The translations under genes and the position numbers were made by a program. The notes under the pieces are model-generated. The model was not told the origin of the DNA. It saw nothing but the letters and a program-made list of their open reading frames with translations, and did not search any database. From positions 33,418,001-33,482,000 of the forward strand of contig OZ024740.1 of assembly GCA_964016885.1 (NCBI GenBank): 64,000 nucleotides of DNA, read 5' to 3'. Below, one piece after another: positions 15,001 to 28,019 of this stretch. Every line of letters begins with the position of its first letter. The stretch's first letter is position 1. This stretch comes from Eledone cirrhosa. Lineage: Eukaryota.

Positions 15001-18000
15001 TTAACCAGTAATACAGTAGATACCAACTGACCACTGAAACTGTTGAGATTTAGTTAACCAGTAATACAGTAGGTTCTAACTGACCACTGAAACTGTTGAG
15101 ATTTAGTTAACCAGTAATACAGTAGATACCAACTGACCACTGAAACTGTTGAGATTTAGTTAACCAGTAATACAGTAGGTTCTAACTGACCACTGAAACT
15201 TGAGATTTAGTTAACCAGTAATACAGTAGGTTCTAACTGACCACTGAAACTGTTGAGATTTAGTTAAACCAGTAATACAGTAGGTTCTAACTGACCACTG
15301 AAACTGTTGAGATTTAGTTAACCAGTAATACAGTAGGTTCCAACTGACCACTGAAACTGTTGAGATTTAGTTAAACCAGTAATACAGTAGGTTCTAACTG
15401 ACCACTGAAACTGTTGAGATTTAGTTAACCGGTAATACAGTAGATACCAACTGACCACTTAAATTGTTGAGATTTAGTTAACCAGTAATACAGTAGGTTC
15501 TAACAGACCACTGAAACTGTTGAGATTTAGTTAACCAGTAATACAGTAGGTTCTAACTGACCACTGAAACTGTTGAGATTTAGTTAACCTGTAATACAGT
15601 AGGTTCTAACTGACCACTGAAACTTGATATTTAGTTAACCAGTAATACAGTAGGTTCTAACTGACCACTGAAACTGTTGAGATTTAGTTAACCAGTAATA
15701 CAGTAGGTTCTAACTGACCAGTGAAACTGTTGAGATTTAGTTAACCAGTAATACAGTAGGTTCTGACCACTGAAACTGTTGAGATTTAGTTAACCAGTAA
15801 TACAGTAGATACCAACTGACCACTGAAACTGTTGAGATTTAGTTAACCAGTAATACAGTAGATACCAACTGATCACTGAAACTTGAGATTTAGTTAACCA
15901 GTAATACAGTAGGTTCTAACTGACCACTGAAACTGTTGAGATTTAGTTAACCAGTAATACAGTAGGTTCTAACTGACCACTGAAACTGTTGAGATTTAGT
16001 TAACCAGTAATACAGTAGGTTCTAACTGACCACTGAAACTGTTGAGATTTAGTTAACCAGTAATACAGTAGGTTCTAACTGACCACTGAAACTGTTGAGA
16101 TTTAGTTAACCAGTAATACAGTAGGTTCTAACTGACCACTGAAACTGTTGAGATTTAGTTAACCAGTAATACAGTAGATACCAACTGACCACTGAAACTG
16201 TTGAGATTTAGTTAACCAGTAATACAGTAGGTTCTAACTGACCACTGAAACTGTTGAGATTTAGTTAACCAGTAATACAGTAGGTTCTAACTGACCACTG
16301 AAACTTGAGATTTAGTTAACCAGTAATACAGTAGGTTCTAACTGACCACTGAAACTTGAGATTTAGTTAACCAGTAATACAGTAGGTTCTAACTGACCAC
16401 TGAAACTGTTGAGATTTAGTTAAACCAGTAATACAGTAGGTTCTAACTGACCACTGAAACTGTTGAGATTTAGTTAACCAGTAATACAGTAGGTTCCAAC
16501 TGACCACTGAAACTGTTGAGATTTAGTTAACCAGTAATACAGTAGGTTCTAACTGACCACTGAAACTGTTGAGATTTAGTTAACCGGTAATACAGTAGAT
16601 ACCAACTGACCACTGAAACTGTTGAGATTTAGTTAACCAGTAATACAGTAGGTTCTAACTGACCACTTAAATTGTTGAGATTTAGTTAACCAGTAATACA
16701 GTAGGTTCTAACTGACCACTTAAATTGTTGAGATTTAGTTAACCAGTAATACAGTAGGTTCTAACTGACCACTTAAATTGTTGAGATTTAGTTAACCAGT
16801 AATACAGTAGGTTCTAACTGACCACTGAAACTGTTGAGATTTAGTTAACCAGTAATACAGTAGGTTCTAACTGACCACTTAAATTGTTGAGATTTAGTTA
16901 ACCAGTAATACAGTAGGTTCTAACTGACCACTTAAATTGTTGAGATTTAGTTAACCAGTAATACAGTAGGTTCTAACTGACCACTTAAATTGTTGAGATT
17001 TAGTTAACCAGTAATACAGTAGGTTCTAACTGACCACTGAAACTGTTGAGATTTAGTTAACCAGTAATACAGTAGGTTCTAACTGACCACTGAAACTGTT
17101 GAGATTTAGTTAACCAGTAATACAGTAGGTTCTAACTGACCACTGAAACTGTTGAGATTTAGTTAACCAGTAATACAGTAGGTTCTAACTGACCACTGAA
17201 ACTTGAGATTTAGTTAACCAGTAATACAGTAGGTTCTAACTGACCACTGAAACTGTTGAGATTTAGTTAACCAGTAATACAGTAGGTTCTAACTGACCAG
17301 TGAAACTGTTGAGATTTAGTTAACCAGTAATACAGTAGGTTCTGACCACTGAAACTGTTGAGATTTAGTTAACCAGTAATACAGTAGGTTCTAACTGACC
17401 ACTGAAACTGTTGAGATTTAGTTAACCAGTAATACAGTAGGTTCTAACTGACCACTGAAACTGTTGAGATTTAGTTAACCGGTAATACAGTAGGTTCTAA
17501 CTGACCACTGAAACTGTTGAGATTTAGTTAACCAGTAATACAGTAGGTTCTAACTGACCACTGAAACTGTTGAGATTTAGTTAACCGGTAATACAGTAGA
17601 TACCAACTGACCACTTAAATTGTTGAGATTTAGTTAACCAGTAATACAGTAGGTTCTAACTGACCACTGAAACTGTTGAGATTTAGTTAACCAGTAATAC
17701 AGTAGGTTCTAACTGACCACTGAAACTGTTGAGATTTAGTTAACCGGTAATACAGTAGGTTCTAACTGACCACTGAAACTGTTGAGATTTAGTTAACCAG
17801 TAATACAGTAGGTTCTAACTGACCACTGAAACTGTTGAGATTTAGTTAACCGGTAATACAGTAGGTTCTAACTGACCACTGAAACTTGAGATTTAGTTAA
17901 CCAGTAATACAGTAGGTTCTAACTGACCACTGAAACTGTTGAGATTTAGTTAACCAGTAATACAGTAGGTTCTAACTGACCACTGAAACTGTTGAGATTT

Positions 18001-21000
18001 AGTTAACCGGTAATACAGTAGATACCAACTGACCACTTAAATTGTTGAGATTTAGTTAACCAGTAATACAGTAGATACCAACTGACCACTGAAACTGGTG
18101 AGATTTAGTTAACCAGTAATACAGTAGATACCAACTGACCACTGAAACTGTTGAGATTTAGTTAACCAGTAATACAGTAGGTTCTAACTGACCACTGAAA
18201 CTGTTGAGATTTAGTTAACCGGTAATACAGTAGATACCAACTGACCACTTAAACTGTTGAGATTTAGTTAACCAGTAATACAGTAGGTTCTAACTGACCA
18301 CTGAAACTGTTGAGTTTTAGTTAACCAGTAATACAGTAGGTTCTAACTGACCACTGAAACTGTTGAGATTTAGTTAACCAGTAATACAGTAGGTTCTAAC
18401 TGACCACTGAAACTGTTGAGATTTAGTTAACCAGTAATACAGTAGGTTCTAACTGACCACTGAAACTGTTGAGATTTAGTTAAACCAGTAATACAGTAGG
18501 TTCTAACTGACCACTGAAACTGTTGAGATTTAGTTAACCAGTAATACAGTAGGTTCTAACTGACCACTGAAACTGTTGAGATTTAGTTAACCAGTAATAC
18601 AGTAGGTTCTAACTGACCACTGAAACTGTTGAGATTTAGTTAACCAGTAATACAGTAGATACCAACTGACCACTGAAACTGTTGAGATTTAGTTAACCAG
18701 TAATACAGTAGGTTCTAACTGACCACTGAAACTGTTGAGATTTAGTTAACCAATAATACAGTAGGTTCTAACTGACCACTGAAACTTGAGATTTAGTTAA
18801 CCAGTAATACAGTAGGTTCTAACTGACCACTGAAACTGTTGAGATTTAGTTAACCAGTAATACAGTAGGTTCTAACTGACCACTGAAACTGTTGAGATTT
18901 AGTTAACCAGTAATACAGTAGATACCAACTGACCACTGAAACTGTTGAGATTTAGTTAACCAGTAATACAGTAGGTTCTAACTGACCACTGAAACTGTTG
19001 AGATTTAGTTAACCAGTAATACAGTAGGTTCTAACTGACCACTGAAACTTGAGATTTAGTTAACCAGTAATACAGTAGGTTCTAACTGACCACTGAAACT
19101 TGAGATTTAGTTAACCAGTAATACAGTAGGTTCTAACTGACCACTGAAACTGTTGAGATTTAGTTAAACCAGTAATACAGTAGGTTCTAACTGACCACTG
19201 AAACTATTGAGATTTAGTTAACCAGTAATACAGTAGGTTCCAACTGACCACTGAAACTGTTGAGATTTAGTTAAACCAGTAATACAGTAGGTTCTAACTG
19301 ACCACTGAAACTGTTGAGATTTAGTTAACCGGTAATACAGTAGATACCAACTGACCACTTAAATTGTTGAGATTTAGTTAACCAGTAATACAGTAGGTTC
19401 TAACTGACCACTGAAACTGTTGAGATTTAGTTAACCGGTAATACAGTAGATACCAACTGACCACTTAAATTGTTGAGATTTAGTTAACCAGTAATACAGT
19501 AGGTTCTAACTGACCACTGAAACTGTTGAGATTTAGTTAACCGGTAATACAGTAGGTTCTAACTGACCACTGAAACTGTTGAGATTTAGTTAACCAGTAA
19601 TACAGTAGGTTCTAACTGACCACTGAAACGTGAGATTTAGTTAACCAGTAATACAGTAGGTTCTAACTGACCACTGAAACTGTTGAGATTTAGTTAACCA
19701 GTAATACAGTAGGTTCTAACTGACCAGTGAAACTGTTGAGATTTAGTTAACCAGTAATACAGTAGGTTCTGACCACTGAAACTGTTGAGATTTAGTTAAC
19801 CAGTAATACAGTAGGTTCTAACTGACCACTGAAACTGTTGAGATTTAGTTAACCAGTAATACAGTAGGTTCTAACTGACCACTGAAACTGTTGAGATTTA
19901 GTTAACCGGTAATACAGTAGGTTCTAACTGACCACTGAAACTGTTGAGATTTAGTTAAACCAGTAATACAGTAGGTTCTAACTGACCACTGAAACTTGAG
20001 ATTTAGTTAACCAGTAATACAGTAGGTTCTAACTGACCACTGAAACTGTTGAGATTTAGTTAACCAGTAATACAGTAGGCTCTAACTGACCACTGAAACT
20101 TGAGATTTAGTTAACCAGTAATACAGTAGGTTCTAACTGACCACTGAAACTGTTGAGATTTAGTTAACTGTTGAGATTTAGTTAACCGGTAATACAGTAG
20201 ATACCAACTGACCACTTAAATTGTTGAGATTTAGTTAACCAGTAATACAGTAGGTTCTAACAGACCACTGAAACTGTTGAGATTTAGTTAACCAGTAATA
20301 CAGTAGGTTCTAACTGACCACTGAAACTGTTGAGATTTAGTTAACCTGTAATACAGTAGGTTCTAACTGACCACTGAAACTTGATATTTAGTTAACCAGT
20401 AATACAGTAGGTTCTAACTGACCACTGAAACTGTTGAGATTTAGTTAACCAGTAATACAGTAGGTTCTAACTGACCAGTGAAACTGTTGAGATTTAGTTA
20501 ACCAGTAATACAGTAGGTTCTGACCACTAAAACTGTTGAGATTTAGTTAACCAGTAATACAGTAGATACCAACTGACCACTGAAACTGTTGAGATTTAGT
20601 TAACCAGTAATACAGTAGATACCAACTGATCACTGAAACTTGAGATTTAGTTAACCAGTAATACAGTAGGTTCTAACTGACCACTGAAACTGTTGAGATT
20701 TAGTTAACCAGTAATACAGTAGGTTCTAACTGACCACTGAAACTGTTGAGATTTAGTTAACCAGTAATACAGTAGATACGAACTGACCACTGAAACTGTT
20801 GAGATTTAGTTAACCAGTAATACAGTAGGTTCTAACTGACCACTGAAACTGTTGAGATTTAGTTAACCAGTAATACAGTAGGTTCTAACTGACCACTGAA
20901 ACTGTTGAGATTTAGTTAACCAGTAATACAGTAGGTTCTAACTGACCACTGAAACTGTTGAGATTTAGTTAACCAGTAATACAGTAGATACCAACTGACC

Positions 21001-24000
21001 ACTGAAACTGTTGAGATTTAGTTAACCAGTAATACAGTAGGTTCTAACTGACCACTGAAACTGTTGAGATTTAGTTAACCAGTAATACAGTAGGTTCTAA
21101 CTGACCACTGAAACTTGAGATTTAGTTAACCAGTAATACAGTAGGTTCTAACTGACCACTGAAACTTGAGATTTAGTTAACCAGTAATACAGTAGGTTCT
21201 AACTGACCACTGAAACTGTTGAGATTTAGTTAAACCAGTAATACAGTAGGTTCTAACTGACCACTGAAACTGTTGAGATTTAGTTAACCAGTAATACAGT
21301 AGGTTCCAACTGACCACTGAAACTGTTGAGATTTAGTTAACCAGTAATACAGTAGGTTCTAACTGACCACTGAAACTGTTGAGATTTAGTTAACCGGTAA
21401 TACAGTAGATACCAACTGACCACTGAAACTGTTGAGATTTAGTTAACCAGTAATACAGTAGGTTCTAACTGACCACTTAAATTGTTGAGATTTAGTTAAC
21501 CAGTAATACAGTAGGTTCTAACTGACCACTTAAATTGTTGAGATTTAGTTAACCAGTAATACAGTAGGTTCTAACTGACCACTTAAATTGTTGAGATTTA
21601 GTTAACCAGTAATACAGTAGGTTCTAACTGACCACTGAAACTGTTGAGATTTAGTTAACCAGTAATACAGTAGGTTCTAACTGACCACTTAAATTGTTGA
21701 GATTTAGTTAACCAGTAATACAGTAGGTTCTAACTGACCACTTAAATTGTTGAGATTTAGTTAACCAGTAATACAGTAGGTTCTAACTGACCACTTAAAT
21801 TGTTGAGATTTAGTTAACCAGTAATACAGTAGGTTCTAACTGACCACTGAAACTGTTGAGATTTAGTTAACCAGTAATACAGTAGGTTCTAACTGACCAC
21901 TGAAACTGTTGAGATTTAGTTAACCAGTAATACAGTAGGTTCTAACTGACCACTGAAACTGTTGAGATTTAGTTAACCAGTAATACAGTAGGTTCTAACT
22001 GACCACTGAAACTTGAGATTTAGTTAACCAGTAATACAGTAGGTTCTAACTGACCAATGAAACTGTTGAGATTTAGTTAACCAGTAATACAGTAGGTTCT
22101 AACTGACCAGTGAAACTGTTGAGATTTAGTTAACCAGTAATACAGTAGGTTCTGACCACTGAAACTGTTGAGATTTAGTTAACCAGTAATACAGTAGGTT
22201 CTAACTGACCACTGAAACTGTTGAGATTTAGTTAACCAGTAATACAGTAGGTTCTAACTGACCACTGAAACTGTTGAGATTTAGTTAACCGGTAATACAG
22301 TAGGTTCTAACTGACCACTGAAACTGTTGAGATTTAGTTAACCAGTAATACAGTAGGTTCTAACTGACCACTGAAACTGTTGAGATTTAGTTAACCGGTA
22401 ATACAGTAGATACCAACTGACCACTTAAATTGTTGAGATTTAGTTAACCAGTAATACAGTAGGTTCTAACTGACCACTGAAACTGTTGAGATTTAGTTAA
22501 CCAGTAATACAGTAGGTTCTAACTGACCACTGAAACTGTTGAGATTTAGTTAACCGGTAATACAGTAGGTTCTAACTGACCACTGAAACTGTTGAGATTT
22601 AGTTAACCAGTAATACAGTAGGTTCTAACTGACCACTGAAACTGTTGAGATTTAGTTAACCGGTAATACAGTAGGTTCTAACTGACCACTGAAACTTGAG
22701 ATTTAGTTAACCAGTAATACAGTAGGTTCTAACTGACCACTGAAACTGTTGAGATTTAGTTAACCAGTAATACAGTAGGTTCTAACTGACCACTGAAACT
22801 GTTGAGATTTAGTTAACCGGTAATACAGTAGATACCAACTGACCACTTAAATTGTTGAGATTTAGTTAACCAGTAATACAGTAGATACCAACTGACCACT
22901 GAAACTGGTGAGATTTAGTTAACCAGTAATACAGTAGATACCAACTGACCACTGAAACTGTTGAGATTTAGTTAACCAGTAATACAGTAGGTTCTAACTG
23001 ACCACTGAAACTGTTGAGATTTAGTTAACCGGTAATACAGTAGATACCAACTGACCACTTAAACTGTTGAGATTTAGTTAACCAGTAATACAGTAGGTTC
23101 TAACTGACCACTGAAACTGTTGAGATTTAGTTAACCAGTAATACAGTAGGTTCTAACTGACCACTGAAACTGTTGAGATTTAGTTAACCAGTAATACAGT
23201 AGGTTCTAACTGACCACTGAAACTGTTGAGATTTAGTTAACCAGTAATACAGTAGGTTCTAACTGACCACTGAAACTGTTGAGATTTAGTTAAACCAGTA
23301 ATACAGTAGGTTCTAACTGACCACTGAAACTGTTGAGATTTAGTTAACCAGTATTACAGTAGGTTCTAACTGACCACTGAAACTGTTGAGATTTAGTTAA
23401 CCAGTAATACAGTAGGTTCTAACTGACCACTGAAACTGTTGAGATTTAGTTAACCAGTAATACAGTAGATACCAACTGACCACTGAAACTGTTGAGATTT
23501 AGTTAACCAGTAATACAGTAGGTTCTAACTGACCACTGAAACTGTTGAGATTTAGTTAACCAATAATACAGTAGGTTCTAACTGACCACTGAAACTTGAG
23601 ATTTAGTTAACCAGTAATACAGTAGGTTCTAACTGACCACTGAAACTGTTGAGATTTAGTTAACCAGTAATACAGTAGATACCAACTGACCACTGAAACT
23701 GTTGAGATTTAGTTAACCAGTAATACAGTAGGTTCTAACTGACCACTGAAACTGTTGAGATTTAGTTAACCAGTAATACAGTAGGTTCTAACTGACCACT
23801 GAAACTTGAGATTTAGTTAACCAGTAATACAGTAGGTTCTAACTGACCACTGAAACTTGAGATTTAGTTAACCAGTAATACAGTAGGTTCTAACTGACCA
23901 CTGAAACTGTTGAGATTTAGTTAAACCAGTAATACAGTAGGTTCTAACTGACCACTGAAACTATTGAGATTTAGTTAACCAGTAATACAGTAGGTTCCAA

Positions 24001-26080
24001 CTGACCACTGAAACTGTTGAGATTTAGTTAAACCAGTAATACAGTAGGTTCTAACTGACCACTGAAACTGTTGAGATTTAGTTAACCGGTAATACAGTAG
24101 ATACCAACTGACCACTTAAATTGTTGAGATTTAGTTAACCAGTAATACAGTAGGTTCTAACTGACCACTGAAACTGTTGAGATTTAGTTAACCAGTAATA
24201 CAGTAGGTTCTAACTGACCACTGAAACTGTTGAGATTTAGTTAACCGGTAATACAGTAGGTTCTAACTGACCACTGAAACTGTTGAGATTTAGTTAACCA
24301 GTAATACAGTAGGTTCTAACTGACCACTGAAACTTGAGATTTAGTTAACCAGTAATACAGTAGGTTCTAACTGACCACTGAAACTGTTGAGATTTAGTTA
24401 ACCAGTAATACAGTAGGTTCTAACTGACCAGTGAAACTGTTGAGATTTAGTTAACCAGTAATACAGTAGGTTCTGACCACTGAAACTGTTGAGATTTAGT
24501 TAACCAGTAATACAGTAGGTTCTAACTGACCACTGAAACTGTTGAGATTTAGTTAACCAGTAATACAGTAGGTTCTAACTGACCACTGAAACTGTTGAGA
24601 TTTAGTTAACCGGTAATACAGTAGGTTCTAACTGACCACTGAAACTGTTGAGATTTAGTTAACCAGTAATACAGTAGGTTCTAACTGACCACTGAAACTG
24701 TTGAGATTTAGTTAACCAGTAATACAGTAGATACCAATTGACCACTGAAACTGTTGAGATTTAGTTAACCAGTAATACAGTAGATACCAACTGACCACTG
24801 AAACTGTTGAGATTTAGTTAACCAGTAATACAGTAGGTTCTGACCACTGAAACTGTTGAGATTTAGTTAACCAGTAATACAGTAGGTTCTAACTGACCAC
24901 TGAAACTTGAGATTTAGTTAACCAGTAATACAGTAGGTTCTAACTGACCACTGAAACTGTTGAGATTTAGTTAACCAGTAATACAGTAGGTTCTAACTGA
25001 CCACTGAAACTGTTGAGATTTAGTTAACCAGTAATACAGTAGGTTCTAACTGACCACTGAAACTGTTGAGATTTAGTTAACCAGTAATACAGTAGGTTCT
25101 AACTGACCACTGAAACTGTTGAGATTTAGTTAACCAATAATACAGTAGGTTCTAACTGACCACTGAAACTGTTGAGATTTAGTTAACCAGTAATACAGTA
25201 GATACCAACTGACCACTGAAACTGTTGAGATTTAGTTAACCAGTAATACAGTAAGTTCTAACTGACCACTGAAACTGTTGAGATTTAGTTAACCAGTAAT
25301 ACAGTAAGTTCTAACTGACCACTGAAACTGTTGAGATTTAGTTAACCAGTAATACAGTAAGTTCTAACTGACCACTGAAACTGTTGAGATTTAGTTAACC
25401 AGTAATACAGTCGGTTCTAACTGACCACTGAAACTGTTGAGATTTAGTTAACCAGTAATACAGTAGGTTCTAACTGACCACTGAAACTGTTGAGATTTAG
25501 TTAACCAGTAATACAGTAGGTTCTAACTGACCACTGAAACTGTTGAGATTTAGTTAACCAGTAATACAGTAGGTTCTAACTGACCACTGAAACTTGAGAT
25601 TTAGTTAACCAGTAATACAGTAGGTTCTAACTGACCACTGAAACTGTTGAGATTTAGTTAACCAGTAATACAGTAGGTTCTAACTGACCACTGAAACTGT
25701 TGAGATTTAGTTAACCAGTAATACAGTAGGTTCCAACTGACCACTGAAACTGTTGAGATTTAGTTAAACCAGTAATACAGTAGGTTCTAACTGACCACTG
25801 AAACTGTTGAGATTTAGTTAACCAGTAATACAGTAGGTTCTAACTGACCACTGAAACTGTTGAGATTTAGTTAACCAGTAATACAGTAGGTTCTAACTGA
25901 CCACTGAAACTTGAGATTTAGTTAACCGGTAATACAGTAGGTTCTAACTGACCACTGAAACTGTTGAGATTTAGTTAACCAGTAATACAGTAGGTTCTAA
26001 CTGACCACTGAAACTGTTCATATTTAATTAACCAGCGACACAGCAAGCCTCAACTGACCACTTAAATTGTTCAGATTTAC
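1..26080. repeat. 53-bp tandem satellite array, about 490 units, running off the left window edge; consensus ACTGTTGAGATTTAGTTAACCAGTAATACAGTAGGTTCTAACTGACCACTGAA
   Basis: The unit recurs at 1, 54, 107 and onward. Recurrent variants are GATACC for GGTTCT, CCGG for CCAG, CTTAAATTG, a 3-bp and a 4-bp deletion, and a 1-bp A insertion. The last units at ~26010-26080 are degenerate. Confidence 0.99.
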
Positions 26081-26109
26081 AAAAAAAATTAAAATCAAAT
26101 GAAAAACTA

Positions 26110-26680
26110 CCCTTGACATCAGAAAATGATCATCAGAAGATTGAAAGAATTAAGACGATACCAATGAAGGAAATAAGAAGAAAGAAAGTTTCATAAGACA
26201 GACATTGATTGAGAAAAACTATAAGAGTAGAAACTGTTCTTATGAGAGAGAACAACTAAAGTGAAAGGATGAATTAGAGCTAGGATTAGTGGTGGTGATG
26301 TTAAGCTGTTAAAATATGACTAACCATGTTAGAAACTCACTTTTAAATTCAATTATGGAAAGAAAGAATTTCAGTAGAGACACTAACTTAGATGTGACAA
26401 TATTCCATAGAGATAAGAGACTTATAAAGATGAAAAAAACATTCAGAGGAAAAATAATGATGAACTTGATATAGAGACCTGATCTGCATATTGGCTGATT
26501 TAACAATAGATTGAATAAAATAAGTTCAAATAAGATCTTTAGAAAAAAAAGTTAAATCTAAAAGATATAGATTAGAAGTCTCAGGAAGAATAATATCAGA
26601 AATAGAAATATTTTTAGAAAAATTTTTCGCATAAGTCCTGAGAGACTAGCTTGTGTGAAGCACTATGAGGAAGGGTTTTT
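26110..26680 (-). mobile_element. Heavily decayed CR1/L2-group LINE fragment (region C-terminal to RT)
   Basis: The minus strand, with frameshifts, reads SIVKSANMQIRSLY...HLYKSLI.SMEYCHI, resembling the LYKSLIRP.MEYC..W motif of CR1-group LINEs. Confidence 0.45.
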
Positions 26681-26702
26681 TAAACAAAAATATTGGGTTA
26701 AC

Positions 26703-26802
26703 CTGTGTATACAAGTAGTATTCTTGAATAATTCTGGGTTCCAGTTGATGTGAATTACTTCGTAAAAATGGCAAACAGATTCATAGTCTATCCAAAAAAC
26801 TC
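26703..26802 (-). CDS. CAPN7: Calpain-7 coding exon 14 (end of CysPc): (G)VFWIDYESVCHFYEVIHINWNPELFKNTTCIH
   Basis: TAG acceptor and GTTAAC donor; 100 nt, phase 1 to 2; matches the calpain-7 GIFWI...WNP segment. Confidence 0.93.
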
Positions 26803-27346
26803 CTAAAAAAAAAGTAGAGATAAATATTTTAGTTTAATTCTATTTTTGAGATAGGGGTTTGATTTTCAATAAAAAAAGGAAATATTTGTTTCTGGGCAAA
26901 AAAGGTAACTTGACATGTGCTTTAGAAATTAAAAAAAAAATTTATCTTTTATTCCCAGTAAACATAATCTATCAATTTCTAAATTCACAACTCTTCATAA
27001 ACCTCTCTGTCAATAATTTCTCATAATCTCTCTCTTTCCCAACAATATTTAAGTATTATTTTATAAATAATAAAGCTAAACATTTTGTTCTTCATTGTCA
27101 AATTCTTATCTTTCTAAAATATTTTTTGATGTCATGCTGAAATTCTGTTTCAATTGCATTACTTGATCTTAACTTAGTTGTTCTTAGATACCACTCTCTC
27201 TCTCTCTCTTGTAAACATTTTTTCTTTGAAGAATTTACTTGCAAAATCTTTACAGGAACTCAATTTGTAATTTACTTTCTCAGAAAGTCACCATATCATG
27301 ATTTTATTTTTAACTATCACAGATTAATAATGAACAAATTTCTTAC

Positions 27347-27491
27347 CATTATCAAAGCTCTGTGCATTTTGGGGGTCATAATTTAAAATATTTTGCATTT
27401 CTGGAGTCCATTGTTTGGTATCATTCTCAGAGAATTTTCCTTTCCATCTCAGATGATTCCAGGGATTTTTTAACATGAATAATTTTTGACC
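27347..27491 (-). CDS. CAPN7: Calpain-7 coding exon 13 with catalytic Asn: GQKLFMLKNPWNHLRWKGKFSENDTKQWTPEMQNILNYDPQNAQSFDN
   Basis: KNPW motif; AAG acceptor and GTAAGA donor; 145 nt, phase 0 to 1. Confidence 0.95.
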
Positions 27492-27557
27492 CTTTGAACA
27501 AACAACAATACTTAACTTAAATAATGTCAACAGATTTTGCAATGAAGTTTTTATAAC

Positions 27558-27897
27558 CATCATCATCATAATTTTACGTCCGCTTTTCCTTGCTTACAAG
27601 GGTGGGACGGGAACTGATTCTGGCTTGATTTCTACAGCTGGATGCCCTTCCTAACACCAACCTCATTTACAGTGAGTACTGGGTGCTTTTTGCCGTGGCA
27701 CCTCCACGACCACTTTTGCAGTGGAATGATAGGTACTCCAGTCCCTATCATCTCATTTCTACAGCTGAGTAAACTGGAGCAATGTGAAATAAAGTGTCTT
27801 GCTCAAGGAAACAACACATCACCCGGTCTGAGAATTGAACTCACAACCTTTCGATTGCAAGCCCAATGCTCTAACCACTAAGCCATGTGCCTCCATG
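27558..27897 (-). mobile_element. tRNA-derived SINE with CORE-like body and RTE-LINE-like 3' tail ending in (ATG)n
   Basis: Minus strand has A box TGGCTTAGTGG, B box GAGTTCAATTC and CORE-like TCCTTGAGCAAGACACTTT...CTCAGCTGTAGAAATG. A near-identical copy lies at 30409-30757. Confidence 0.85.
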
Positions 27898-28019
27898 TAG
27901 TTAGAAATAAGGATTTAACTTGTTAACTAGTTTGACAGATCTAATACATTTAAAGCTGATGAATCTAATGAATAAATAATGAAGTTGAAGTAATTTAACT
28001 CTTATAAAATTATAGGATT

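Noticed and set aside
1-26080. CRISPR-like array or coding repeat (ORF 3857-4054)
   Set aside because: Units are contiguous with no unique spacers and there are no cas genes. The ORF arises only from local variants that remove stops.
27780-27897. tRNA gene (also ~30640-30757 and ~45070-45160)
   Set aside because: The A/B boxes continue into SINE body and tail and are multi-copy; these are SINE heads.
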